Below, one piece after another: positions 26,294-38,324 of a stretch of 38,773 nt of DNA. The DNA lies in assembly GCF_006345805.1 (NCBI RefSeq), contig NW_021835788.1:1-38773 (forward strand), in the 5' to 3' direction. Position numbers and translations under genes: made by a program. The DNA comes from Octopus sinensis. Its lineage: Eukaryota. Below the pieces are notes generated by a model. It was given only the letters and a program-made list of their open reading frames with translations, made no database searches and had not been told where the DNA came from. The first letter of the stretch is position 1. Every line of letters begins with the position of its first letter.

Positions 26294-27535
26294 CTATTTG
26301 TGGACGTTAAAAAATATGCAGTATAATATATAATATATATATATAATATATATATATTATATATATAGATATATATATATATAATATAATAAAACAAACC
26401 AGGTGGTTTGTTTTCTAATATCGAATCACCATTTATTATATAGATCGGTTTTCTTCACTTTTGTGTATATATGTGCTTATGTAGGTTATACATCCTCCTG
26501 TACTCATACGCACTCGTGTGCACAAACACTAATGTGTGTGTGAGAGCGTATGTATTTATATATCTGAACATGGATGTTTAAACCCATTTGTAGGAACATA
26601 TATGCATATATATGTAAGTATGTATGCATGCTTGTGTGTACGTATATATATATATATGAATATTATGTACGATACACATATGTAAGTATTCATATATTTA
26701 TATATATAAATGCATGTCTGTTTATAGATATATTTATATGTATATATAGTCCACTCAATCTCGAGACTCCTATTTGTTGAACTGCCAAACTCCGTACATT
26801 AAGAAAGTCTTACTGTGTTAAAAATATGTAACTCAGAAATCGTTCTATCGGATCTACTTTTGTGAAGTCTAACTTCATATTCCTCACATAACTCTCAATG
26901 ACCACAGACACAAATGCACATCTTTAGTCTAGCTTTAATATTTGTGACTCCCCTGTTTCTTGCCCGTTGCTAGAAGAATTCTTAAAGTGCATTTGGACAA
27001 TTAACTTTCACAATAGTCCAAGAATGTTTTTTTTTTTCTCTCTGAACTCGAAATCTAGTTTGTTGTACATACAAGTTCTGACTGAGCAATCTGAAAAGGT
27101 ATGAGTGTATATATTCTACACCCCTGCATCTTATATGTCTATCTTCTGGCTAACCATGTTATATACAATGGTTTTGCTTACGAAATAAAGAGAAAATATT
27201 CTTTGATCGCCACTTTTAATTAAGGTGTAAGACCTTCAGATTTGAATGGAGGTGTTGAGTCAATACTATCTGTCCTAGCACTTGATTGGGACTTTATTTC
27301 ATCGGCCCCAAAAGGGATGAAAAGCACTGGCGACATCGGCGGGATTTGAACTGACAAGTTATTTCACATTTTTTTTGTATAGCACGCCTATTGATCATTG
27401 TTTTTGTAATATCAATTGATCGCTGTATCGATTTCTGTTTACTTTTAGCATATACGTTTACTTTTGTCCTTAAAAAAGTTTCCGTTGATCGCTGTTCTAT
27501 ATAATATATATTGGTCACTGACGTTATTTCAATGC

Positions 27536-27742
27536 AGCGAGCTGGCAGAAGCGTTAGCACGCCGGGCGAAATGCGTTCTGAGTTCAACTTCCGTCGAGGT
27601 CGACTTTGCCTTTCATCCTTTCGGGGTCGATTAAATAAGTACCAGTTACGCACTGGGGTCGATATAATCGACTTAATACCTATGTCTATCCTTGTTTGTC
27701 CTCTCTGTGTTTTAGTCCCTTGTGGGTAGTAAAGAAATAGTT
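27536..27742 (+). mobile_element. Family 2 SINE with an internal deletion
   Basis: Head GCGAGCTGGCAGAAGCGTTAGC joined to GTTCTGAGTTCAA, then the central block TTTCATCCTTTCGGGGTCGATTAAATAAGTACCAG. Confidence 0.9.
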
Positions 27743-27848
27743 ATTTCCATGCGTTTCGATCGGGATTTTAGAACATACATACTGATCGCTGGTTTCCTAC
27801 CATATGCAATAATCCCTATTTTTATAGCTTGTGTTGATCGCTGCTTTC

Positions 27849-27889
<41 letters not shown>

Positions 27890-28474
27890 TGATTATTGTT
27901 TTTATAACATATGGAGTGACCATTGTTAACTTAGTCCAAGTGAAATATAGTCCAATGTTTTGCTTTATTGAAGTAGAAAAATCTCCCTGACCGTTACTAG
28001 AATTTCACGTAACTTATCATCGGACGGATGATCGGACACACGAAACATGACGTCATGGTTTGTGAAGTTTCTGAGCTCCTATAAAAGACTCTATTTCACT
28101 TTCCCCTTGGAATTCGAGTACTATTTTCTCCGCCTTGTTTTGAACCTGTGTGTTCATGCACACATACACACTCGCGCGCGCGCGTGCATGTGGGGACACG
28201 ACTATACACGTGTTTATACATGCCAACATTTAAATGTGTGAGAGCGCCCGGGGAGGGGAGGAGAGCGTGTGAGAGTGTTGATATTTAAAACTAAATTATA
28301 CCACACTCACTATTGTGTGTATATATGTGCATATATATATGATGCATATATTATATGTATATATATATGTATGTCTGTATATATATATATATGTATGTAT
28401 GTATATATATATATATGTATGTCTGTAATATATTATATATATATGTATGTATGTATAATATATATATATAGTAT

Positions 28475-28524
<50 letters not shown>

Positions 28525-28653
28525 CATATATATACATACATATATTACATAGGAACAAATGACATGTGCTTGCGCATAAGCTTATATGAACGACAATATT
28601 TCTATTGTTTTCAACCATACGTATATATATGTCTGTGTGCGTGTATGTATGTG

Positions 28654-28693
<40 letters not shown>

Positions 28694-28819
28694 ATGCATA
28701 ACTGGGTGTATATGTATATATATGTGTGTGTGTGTATGCCCCTCTCTGAGTGCGTTAGTGCGTATGGTGTGTTTATGTTGGATAGAAGCCGTCTGCCATT
28801 AAAGGTGTTTTCTCCAAAC

Positions 28820-28834
28820 GGCGCCATCTGACGG
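28820..28834 (-). promoter_or_regulatory. CTCF-like motif
   Basis: The minus strand reads CCGTCAGATGGCGCC, close to the CCASYAGRKGGCRS consensus. Confidence 0.4.
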
Positions 28835-29019
28835 TGTAATTAAGTCATAGTCATACCTGGATATATAATAAGGAAAATAAAAAAAGGAGTCTTTCAGTAC
28901 CACGCATGCGCACGGCATTATACCCAGAACAACCCCCGCTTCCACCCGTCACCACCCAACACCATCCCCGCCATCAAGTCTACCAGCCGACCTGTCCCCC
29001 CACCACACTTCCTGCTTAC

Positions 29020-29230
29020 CTCGAGCCAACGAAAGAGAAATTGTGGTTGCTAGGTCTGCAACAAACAGCAGCCACAGGACCTCGTATTACACGGACAATT
29101 TGGATAATGGGGGTTTTATGACTTGTGATCCCTGTGTATAGAGGACGGTCACGGCTGGATTGCCTTTGGTCGTAGGTGTACCAGATCAAGGCTGACCTGT
29201 GGCTAAACAACGACGACGACCATCTTGCCC
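29020..29230 (-). other. Candidate first or UTR exon
   Basis: Strong donor GAG|GTAAGC at 29020/29019 and a polypyrimidine acceptor TCCAG|G at 28857. The sequence is GC-rich and unique. The 5' boundary is not defined. Confidence 0.35.
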
Positions 29231-29962
29231 TTTCGTCCCTCTTCCTACACCCACCGGCTTCAACCTACCCCTCACTTTATTAAGCAATTTAACCTCCTCA
29301 CCGCCTCCACCACCACCACCACCACTACCACCACCACCACCATCATCATCACCACCTCTATCAACGATCTTGCTTTCACTAACACCTCCTTCCCTCCCAC
29401 ACCACCTCCTACTCTGACCTCTGACCTTAGCAGTCTGTGCCCTTATTAATTACAGTCGCAGTGGCGAGCGCCATAGAAGAGGAGGCAGGGGAGGAGGAGG
29501 AGGAGGAGGAGGAGGAGAAGGAGAAGAAGTGAAAGTGGGTGGGAAGGAGGAGAAGGAAAGCAAGGGGTGGGCGGTGTTAGGGTTTAGGTCAAACGGGAAG
29601 ATCCTAGGTTCGTTTCTTTCACGGTTGGGGGAACACTTCGCTTACGTGCGAGAATAATGATCTTGGAGAAATGTATGAACACCACAACTTCCTGGTCTCC
29701 CGCTTTCACTATGAGATTGTATGCGTTAGCGTATGGTATGCGTAATGGATGGTGGTGGTGGTGGTTTATGGCGTAGAGTGGCGGCGCAGTGTGTAGTGGG
29801 AGTGGCGTTTGGTTTGTTGTGACGTGTGGATCGGCGTGAGGTTGTGGAGTGTAGAGGTGGTAGTATGAGGTCGTGTTGTGTGGTGGTGTCGTAGCCTGTG
29901 GAGCAGTAGTGAGCGGTATGGTGCAGGGGTGTTGTGGTATATGATATAGTATTGTGTGGTAG

Positions 29963-30150
29963 CGAAGGCGCGTGGCTTAGTGGTTAGTGCATTTAGCTCA
30001 CAATCGTTAGGTCATGAGTTCGATTCCCAGCCATGAGTTTTGTTCTTGAGCAAGACACTCTATTTCACGTTGCTCAACTGGTATTTGTTTTATCGACCTC
30101 GAAAGAATAGAAGGCAAAGTCGATTTCGGCGGAATTTGATCACAGAACGT
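29963..30150 (+). mobile_element. tRNA-headed SINE fragment (family 4) fused to a minus-strand family 2 fragment
   Basis: A box TGGCTTAGTGG and B box GAGTTCGATTCC to about 30075, then TTTATCGACC.CGAAAG..AAGGCAAAGTCGA. Confidence 0.75.
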
Positions 30151-30368
30151 TAACATGAATGTGTTACGATTTTTAATAAAAACGATTCTTATCGTAAACA
30201 ATAAACTATTGTCGTTGCTACAAACGACAAACACCGAGATAATTCGAAGCTTATTGCTCTTAATCAAGGTATGATATTAGTCGTTGTCGTGAGCTTCTTG
30301 ATGTTAGCTGACCATTCTGTGTTCCTGCCGCCGTCCGTCTATTGTTTTTGTGCCGTGACAGCGCCCTG

Positions 30369-30380
30369 GCCATCTGCTGG
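30369..30380 (-). promoter_or_regulatory. CTCF-like motif, with an E2F-like GCGCCAAA about 90 bp away
   Basis: The minus strand reads CCAGCAGATGGC, matching the CCASYAGRKGGC core. Confidence 0.35.
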
Positions 30381-31268
30381 TTCTGCTACTGTCTGCCATC
30401 CGTTATCTATCGGTAGTGGCTAAAATGCGCTGAATATATATGGTGGTAATCTTGCTCAGAAAAATCGCGCCAAAGATGAAATTGTTATCAAGTCTGTTTC
30501 CACACGAAGTCTTGAATGGTCAGATTTTATGATGACGTTGTTAACATTTTAGCGAATCGCGATCGTAATGTTGAGTTGACATTTTTTTTTGCATCGGATA
30601 TAGCGATCCAGGTTCGATTTCTAAGATTTTGCAATTGTTAAATATTCTTGCTACAGAAGAAAGGCCAGTAAGAATATTGTCCTGCTTGTTAACGACATTC
30701 CAGTTTGCTACCTCTCCATCACCTTCTTCACCACCACGAACACGACCACCACGACCACCATCACGACCACCACGACCACCACAACCACCACCATCATCAT
30801 CACCACCACCACCACCACCACCACCACGATCACGACCACCATCGTCGTCGTCGTCATCATCATCATCATCATCATCTTTAGCCAACTACATTTAAAATAA
30901 GAATTGTAAAAGAAACTAAAACGAGAAAAATCGAACGAAAGAAAGCAAAAAGAAGAAAAGAAAGGGAAGAAAGTAAAGAGGAAAGGAAGGAAGGAAAGAA
31001 GGAAAGGAAGGAAGGAAAGAAGAAAGAAAGGAAGATAGGAAGGAAGAGATAGTGTGGCATGCGGGGTGGGGGTTGGCGAATAATTCGTTTTTACATTTCG
31101 ACTTTTCAACCGACTTACGTTGCTTCATTTGTCTTGTAGATTCCATTTCATTCACACGCCTCCCCCCCCACGCACGCAGGCGCACACGCAAACATGCACA
31201 GATAGATATTACTGTGCATATTTGCATTTACATTTGTGTGTGTGTGCATATGTATATATGTGTATATA

Positions 31269-31299
<31 letters not shown>

Positions 31300-31530
31300 A
31301 TATATATAATGTATATATATATATGTATGGATGTATGTATGCTTGTGACCCCATTGTATTATCGCTATATATCTGTAATCTTATACACACACACACATAT
31401 ATAGGTATAATGCGTACACACATTGATACATATACATGCATATGTATGTATAGGTATACATGAATACATACAAATAAATTAAAACGCATAGTATGTTTAT
31501 GTTTCAGGATGTGTGTGTGTGTGTGTGTGT

Positions 31531-31588
<58 letters not shown>

Positions 31589-31785
31589 TGAGAGAGAGAG
31601 TGTGTGAGTGAGAGAGAGTGTGAGTGAGAGAGGAGAGAGAGGAGAGAGAGCATGTGTGTATATCTAATAGTCGCTACTTTCTATAAATGGAATTCATCAG
31701 ATATATTATTTAGGGAGAGAGACAGGGTGGGGCAGCGAAAAAAGAAAGAAAACTTTGAAAAGAAGCAGAAAAATATGAACGTATC

Positions 31786-31853
31786 AGGATAACAACAACA
31801 GCAACAACCACAACATCATCAACAACAACAACAACAACAATGATAATAATAAT

Positions 31854-31921
<68 letters not shown>

Positions 31922-31979
31922 CAATAACAACAACAACAACAACAACAACAATAACAACAACAACAACAACAACAACAAC

Positions 31980-32017
<38 letters not shown>
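31786..32017. repeat. (AAC)n/(AAT)n mosaic
   Basis: Directly visible. Confidence 0.97.
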
Positions 32018-32019
<2 letters not shown>

Positions 32020-32559
32020 GTCGGCGTCTAAAAGTGTTGAGTGGTTGGTGTGTTATGATGGCAAGTGACGAAAACGAGGCTTCAGTACGGACGACATTAT
32101 CTGATCATGATTTTTCTTTGAAAATAGATATGTTGACGGCATTTATTCAATCTTAACTTTTCGAGTATTTCTGGTTTTGAATACAAGATATCACTTGGAA
32201 GAAAATGAGAACGGCAGAAAAAAGAAATATCAAGAGATGGGGAAAAAATAAGTGAATAAATACAGAAAAAAGAAGAAAGAAAATATTAAAAAAATTATAA
32301 AAATAAGGCATTCAAAATAAAATTAATGGAAATGATATTGTAGAAAATCGTCTGGATATTTCAATTATTCTGTATTAATTTTCTTTCATTTCCATGCGTT
32401 AATTTTGTTTAGATTATTGTTTTTGTTTGTTATATTGTTGTTGTTGATGTAGTTGTCAGTATTGTTCTTGTTACAGTTGTTGATGTTGTTATTGTTATTG
32501 TTGTTGTTAGTCTGATAGCATCACAACTGCTACAGTTAGAACGACTCCTCATCATTCAA

Positions 32560-32760
32560 AAAAATGTTTCCTATTCAATAATTTCAGCATCCATTTGGAT
32601 ACAACGGTTTTGTTTCCAGGCAACTCTTCGGTAATGGCAGACGACATCATTCGCCCAGTGTTCCTTCGTGACAAACATAATGAGGCTAGGCTGAAAAAAA
32701 GGGGATGATTGACATCATCTCCTCTCACCGACACCCTGTAGACCAATACCGAAGGAGCGC
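32560..32760 (-). mobile_element. Degenerate Tc1/mariner-superfamily (maT-like) transposase fragment, copy 1
   Basis: SVLVY.V...DV..P.FFQPSL...VVCHYRRVAWKQNRCIQMDA resembles SVMVFGVVSSEGDVMPPHFF..GL...VVKPWIERVA.GRPYV.QQDSA. Confidence 0.45.
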
Positions 32761-32835
32761 ATATTCATACATACCACAATACATGAAAACATATATGTGT
32801 GTATGTGTGTGTGTGTATGTGTGTGTGTGTGCGTG

Positions 32836-32868
<33 letters not shown>

Positions 32869-32873
32869 TAAAT

Positions 32874-33183
32874 CAATGAAATTTCAACTTCGTCTGATTT
32901 TCACGTTTTATTATTATTTGTAATTTTTACAATTTTACGATTTTACAATTTTACAATATTGAAATAAACTAGTATTTTCATGAGTTACGCAGACATCAGG
33001 TTTATACAGAGACAAGATAAATCCAAGCATTTCGCTACAGTTGTCAATTGTGGAATACGACTGTCACTGCATAAACCTGATGATCGCGTGACACATGAAA
33101 GTACTAGTTTATTTCAATATTGTAAAATTGTAAAAATAGCAAATAATAAGACGTGAAAATCAGACTAAGTTGGAATTTCATTG
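32874..33183. mobile_element. Inverted-repeat element with arms of about 130 bp, each carrying a hammerhead-like motif
   Basis: The arms 32874-33010 and about 33065-33183 are reverse complements. The right arm reads ATAAAC-CTGATGA-...-GAAAGTACTA-GTTTAT. Confidence 0.7.
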
Positions 33184-33261
33184 GTTAATATATTGTTCTA
33201 TACACAATCATACAAATTCGGATATCACCATGCTTGATCGCTAAATCCACAAGTATTTTAT

Positions 33262-33409
33262 TATCTCTCTGTTTATTTTCTCTTATTCCTTTCTGCTGAA
33301 GAGCGTAGGCTCGAAACGTAAAATACTTTCTCACTTTCCCGAGCGTCAAACTATTACACCTGCTTGTTGTTCATACACCTGTCTTTGTCTTTTGTTTTCT
33401 GTAAATTTC

Positions 33410-33415
<6 letters not shown>
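33262..33415 (+). mobile_element. Short element with a hammerhead-like motif, ending at (TA)n
   Basis: TTT-CTGCTGA-A-GAGCGTAGGCTC-GAAAC-GTA-AAA; a homologue lies at 35921-36075. Confidence 0.7.
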
Positions 33416-33440
<25 letters not shown>

Positions 33441-33479
33441 CCAGATACACAAATATATAGTAATCATGAATTGTTAGAT

Positions 33480-33605
33480 GATGTTATCCACCTACATAAT
33501 CTTTTCTCGTGGCATATAGATAAAGAGGCCAGGCTGAAAAAGATGGTGAACGATGTCGCGTCCTCATACCGACACTCCGAAGATTAATACCGAAGACTGA
33601 GAGTG
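33480..33605 (-). mobile_element. Degenerate maT-like transposase fragment, copy 2
   Basis: Clearly homologous at DNA level to about 32670-32760 (GAGGC.AGGCTGAAAAA...CCGACAC...AATACCGAAG). Translates SVLIFGVSV*G.DIVHHLFQPGL. Confidence 0.45.
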
Positions 33606-33825
33606 AAAAAAGTCCATTGTTTTTTTTATTACAGTTTGTATGACATCAGATGATAATTAAAAATACAGAGTGTGGGTAATGATGATGATAATGATGGTGG
33701 TGGTGGTGGTGCTGTTGTTGTTGTTGTTGCTGTTGTTGTTAAGCAACAAGACGGGTAAGGGTGATTAGGTGATGGTCTAGGGCCTAGGGGCGGGAGACCC
33801 CAGACCTTGGGATAAAAAAACAAAC

Positions 33826-34000
33826 TTTGGTCGTCTTGTTGTAGACGAGGGCTCTTCGTTGACGTCCGACACCACTGGGAGGTGGCCCTCGAAGTCGCAG
33901 GAAATGGAGGTCTCCAGGTCCAAATTCTTGAACGGCTGGTGGTGGTGGTGGTGGTGCTGCTGCTGGTGGTACTTCAAATACCGATTCCACCCGTATTTGA
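33826..34000 (-). other. Candidate coding exon with a poly-Q/poly-H run, product unknown
   Basis: Open frame KYGWNRYLKYHQQQHHHHHHQPFKNLDLETSISCDFEGHLPVVSDVNEEPSSTTRRPK with most codons ending in G or C. Possible acceptor TGCAG| at 34001 and a weak donor |GTTTGT. Confidence 0.35.
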
Positions 34001-34462
34001 CTGCATGTTTACAAATGTTCACGCGCACAGGCGTGGTTGAGGTGGAATAGGTGGTTCCATTTTGTTACTTTTGCACTAACTCCAGTCATTGGACGGCAGC
34101 GCTTTGAGGGATCTCCTCCATCAAATGGACTAGTATGTAATCTATTCAATTCTTTTAGTTGAAATGCTTCGTTATAGAGACATAAAATAAAAATTCATAG
34201 GGTTTGTCAAGTAACGAGGGACAAACGCAAACATACGCTCACACACACTCACATATATAAACACGGACATGCATACATTTATATATAAATGTATAAATAC
34301 ATATATACATACACACGCATATAAATTTTATTTCACTTTATTCATTATGTATTTTTACTCTTGTATACTGTAATTCATTATTCATGATTATTATTATTAT
34401 TATTATGGAATTAAAAATAAATATAATAATTCTAACGCATGCGTACACAGACAATCCTTTTT

Positions 34463-34635
34463 ACTGGAGGCATAAAGCCTCAAATTTGTGGGGAGGGGAC
34501 TAGTTGATTACATCGGCTCCAGTGTTTCACTGGTACTTACTTTATCAAAAGGCAAAGCCGACCTCGGCGGAATTCGGCCTCAGAACGTAGCGACTGGCGA
34601 AATACCGCTAAGCATTTTGTCTAGCGCACTAACGA
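34463..34635 (-). mobile_element. Family 2 SINE
   Basis: Homologous to 8981-9196. Confidence 0.85.
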
Positions 34636-35304
34636 TTCTGCCAGTGCGCCTCCTTCAAGCAGACATACATAATAAACATGCTTATGTATTGTTAGTCTGT
34701 TGTAGTATTTGAACCGATCAAAACGTAATTGCTCTATTGTCCTTTTTAATACCCTGAAGATATTCCACCCAAGGTATTTTGAAATGCAAACTTATATATA
34801 TTTATATATGTTTTGTAATTTAAATTGGATGTGAAACGAAACAATTGTAGGCAATGATGGTAATTACTTAATAAATTAATTTATATCCGTTGAATCTCTC
34901 CATTTTCAAACTTTATAACGATATTTGATATTTTATGATATTTTATAATATATCCATTGCAGAAATATCTCTTCAAAATACAAAATATTAAACCAGTGTA
35001 TCTTGGATAAAAATATCCCTATAAGAGGTATAAATATCCTCATAGTGACTATACATAAATGGTTGGCCAAAATTACGGTTAGGGTCACCTAACAGTAAGT
35101 CAAAACCATTTAATTCCAAGATTGATTTATGTTTTACAACTGAATGAATTTAATAAAAGTATCGAAATATATGAAGCATCGTGAACATTGTTCAAACTGA
35201 AATCCTTCTTGAGCGACATATTTTCCCATTGGAGTCAATACAGAATTACAGATTGTATTTATGGAATTTTGATTTACTGCCGGGTGACTTTTGACCAAGC
35301 CTCT

Positions 35305-35342
<38 letters not shown>

Positions 35343-35416
35343 TTCTCTTTCTATATATATATGTATGTGTGTGTGTGTGTATGTATGTCTTGTGTGTATA
35401 TGTATATACATATGTG

Positions 35417-35492
<76 letters not shown>

Positions 35493-35851
35493 AGTATGAT
35501 GTATGTATGTATGTATGTTTGTATGTATGTATGTATAGTGTACTGTTCCGCGATGGTAAGATCAACAAAAAAAGTACTCCACCTGATGAGAGAAAACATT
35601 GTTTAATAAACACAATATATATATTTATGTATTTATGTATTACTATTAGTTTCATGCGCTGAGTGCATGCCAAAGTGTTTTCAACACGTCTGATGTAGGA
35701 GGAACATTTGTCAGACACTGTCCACATGGCATAATGAACTAAAAATGGGATGAAATGATGAGAAGAAAAGCGAGAAAAAGCGAGAAAAAAGTAGATGTAA
35801 AAGGTGTGAACTATTGAAAAACCGGAAAACGAAAGGGATAAAGAACTAAAC

Positions 35852-35920
<69 letters not shown>

Positions 35921-35924
<4 letters not shown>

Positions 35925-36075
35925 GAAATTTATAGAAAAACAAAAGACGAAGACAAGGGTATGAACAAGAAGCAAGTGTATTAGTTTGACGCTCGGAAAA
36001 ATGGAAAAGTCATTTATGTTTCGAGCCTACGCTCTTCAACAGAAAGGAATAAGAGAAAATAAACGGAGAGAATGA
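35921..36075 (-). mobile_element. Second copy of the 33262-33415 element
   Basis: The minus strand reads TTT-CTGTTGA-A-GAGCGTAGGCTC-GAAAC-ATA-AA. Confidence 0.7.
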
Positions 36076-36129
36076 AAAAAAAAATTTGTAGATTTCAGCA
36101 GTCAGGATGGCGACACAAACACACACACA

Positions 36130-36315
36130 CGACTGGCGTTTGCTCAGTTTCCGTCTAACAAATTTAGTCACAAGGTGTTTGTCAGTCGGATGTAATAGTA
36201 GCGGACATTCCGACATAGTAGAAGACGTCTGCTCAAGTTGCCGTACATTTGGAGAAAACCGGAATCTACGTAGTTGCGAAACGAACTTCTTAACGCCCCG
36301 GCCATATCAGCACCT
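36130..36315 (-). mobile_element. Diverged family 1 SINE 5' part
   Basis: Contains the reverse complement of the head and body (CAGTTTCCGTCTA.CAAAT...CACAAGG). Confidence 0.65.
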
Positions 36316-36727
36316 CTTTCTATAATGAAAGAAACCTTCATATTTCTTTTTCTCTCTTACAAAACCATATTTGATGTATCTTGAAAACTCAGCCCCACAT
36401 ACTTTTCAAGACTAAGTTCCAGGTTGAAAAGGGTGGGTCCATCAGACAATCCACCCCTATTAAGTTTAATGCTCTAACCAGGTGCCAAAGCGCCTAGTTG
36501 TTAACAGATGTCATTGGCAGCGACGGCGGGGGTGGTGGTAGGAGTAGTAGTGGTGGGGTGTGGGTGGGGTGGCGGCGAGGCGGTGCAGTTCGCCAATCTT
36601 TTAACTATTTCCTTCAAGAGTGTCAGTTAACAGTCAAGTACTGAGGTCGATTTAATTGGCTAACCGCTCCTCTTCCCCCACCTCCTCCTCATCTTCGAAT
36701 GTGTGGCCTTGTGCCTATGCTAGGAAC

Positions 36728-36763
<36 letters not shown>

Positions 36764-36841
36764 TTGACGAACCCTCTTCTCTCAAAACTGCAGGCCTTAT
36801 GCCTATAGTACAAACAATAACTATTACGATGCTCACATATT

Positions 36842-36890
<49 letters not shown>

Positions 36891-37067
36891 CAACAACAAC
36901 AACAACAACACACACACACACACACACTCATATATGCATATATACGTACCATATATATATATACACACACAAACATACATCCCTCCCATATATATACGAT
37001 GGGCTTTAATAGAGTCTGCGTTTACCAAATTTAATCAGAAAATGTTGATCAGCCCATGATTACAGTA

Positions 37068-37160
37068 GATGACACTTGCCAGAGTGCCGCTGCGTGGGAC
37101 TGAACCCCAAACCACATGGGGAATGGGAAGTGAGCTACTTAAGCATACAAACCCATGCCT
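37068..37160 (-). mobile_element. Diverged family 1 SINE head
   Basis: GACACTTGCC..AGTGCC..GTGGGACTGAACCC. Confidence 0.65.
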
Positions 37161-37975
37161 TTCGTCATTCTCCCGCAATTGCTATACTTGTTGTTGTTGT
37201 AGTTAGATTCCATTATTATTATTGTGTGGTATCTCCACCGTAACCGTTAATATTGCTCCCATTGCCGTCGCCGCCGCCGCTGCTTTTGTTGTTGTTATGT
37301 AATCTCATCTTCCAATGGAGATCGTGTGTTGTGACTAATACAGTGATTTTCGGAAGTAAAACATACATTTGCATATATACATACATTAACACACATACGA
37401 GAAAATTCTTCATACTCGCATACATATACGATTAGATACAGACATGCATTCATGCACGCATGCACAGACATACTTACACATATCCATAAATACACACATA
37501 TATATACAAACACACATGCACACACACACATACATAGATACACATACATGAATACATATGTGTGTGTCTGTGTGTGTCTGTGTGTATAATATGGTTGCTA
37601 TTAATAAGTTGTTTATTGTTGAAATGAACCGAAACCCTTTCCCCTCTGTTCAGCCACACAGTCAACCCAGGTGGGTGGTATGTTTCCTTCCAGAAACACA
37701 CCACCCGCTTACAACAACGACAGCAACAAGACGTGGCGTTAAAAACCCGTTTACATCAAGTTAACGACGGAGCTTTCTTCGCGGCCCGTTCGGATCTCCC
37801 TCGTCTCAAACTCACTAATGTCTTTAAAATTCGTAAGGATACATTATATAATGTATCTTTAGATAGACAGACAACATAATTCCCCCCCCCCCAAAAAAAA
37901 ACCAAAAACGAAAAAAAAAAAAACAACAAAAAACAGGGCGGACATGCTTTGATGTCATCTGAAATACTTTTGATC

Positions 37976-38199
37976 GTACATTATTTACGTTATTTACATT
38001 GGATGGATATTTATCCTCATTTTGTTTGTTGTTACCACAACGTTTCGGCTGATTTACTCTCCAGCCTTCATCAGGTGTCCTGGTAGAATTTTGAATCCAA
38101 CTCTACCAGGACACCTGGTGAAGGCTGTAAATAAGCCGAAACGTTGTCGTAACAACAAACAAGATGACGACACATATCCGTCCAATGTAAATAATGTAC
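37976..38199. mobile_element. Inverted pLTR-like repeat with a hammerhead-like motif in each arm
   Basis: The arms pair around a short loop at about 38087-38101. The minus arm reads CAC-CTGATGA-A-GGCTG(N10)CAGCC-GAAAC-GTT-GTG. Confidence 0.75.
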
Positions 38200-38324
38200 A
38201 GAATTCCTCATCTTTAAAATATAAAACAGTACCTTTGATCCTAGTTATGATGTTATTGCGCCCTCTGCTCCCCTCTCAACGTTTTAAAAATCTGCTGGCG
38301 TTTTTTTGGTCTGCTTCTCTTTGA

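Noticed and set aside
29050-29105. CPCNTRSCGCC as a DUF4773-like Cys motif
   Set aside because: It is bounded by stops with no further family motif, and another frame gives an equally plausible hydrophobic stretch.
29576-29588. TTAGGGTTTAGG as an interstitial telomere
   Set aside because: Only about two imperfect units.
33880-33915. SCDFEG as a MAM or Ig domain start
   Set aside because: The following Cys/Trp required by either domain is absent.
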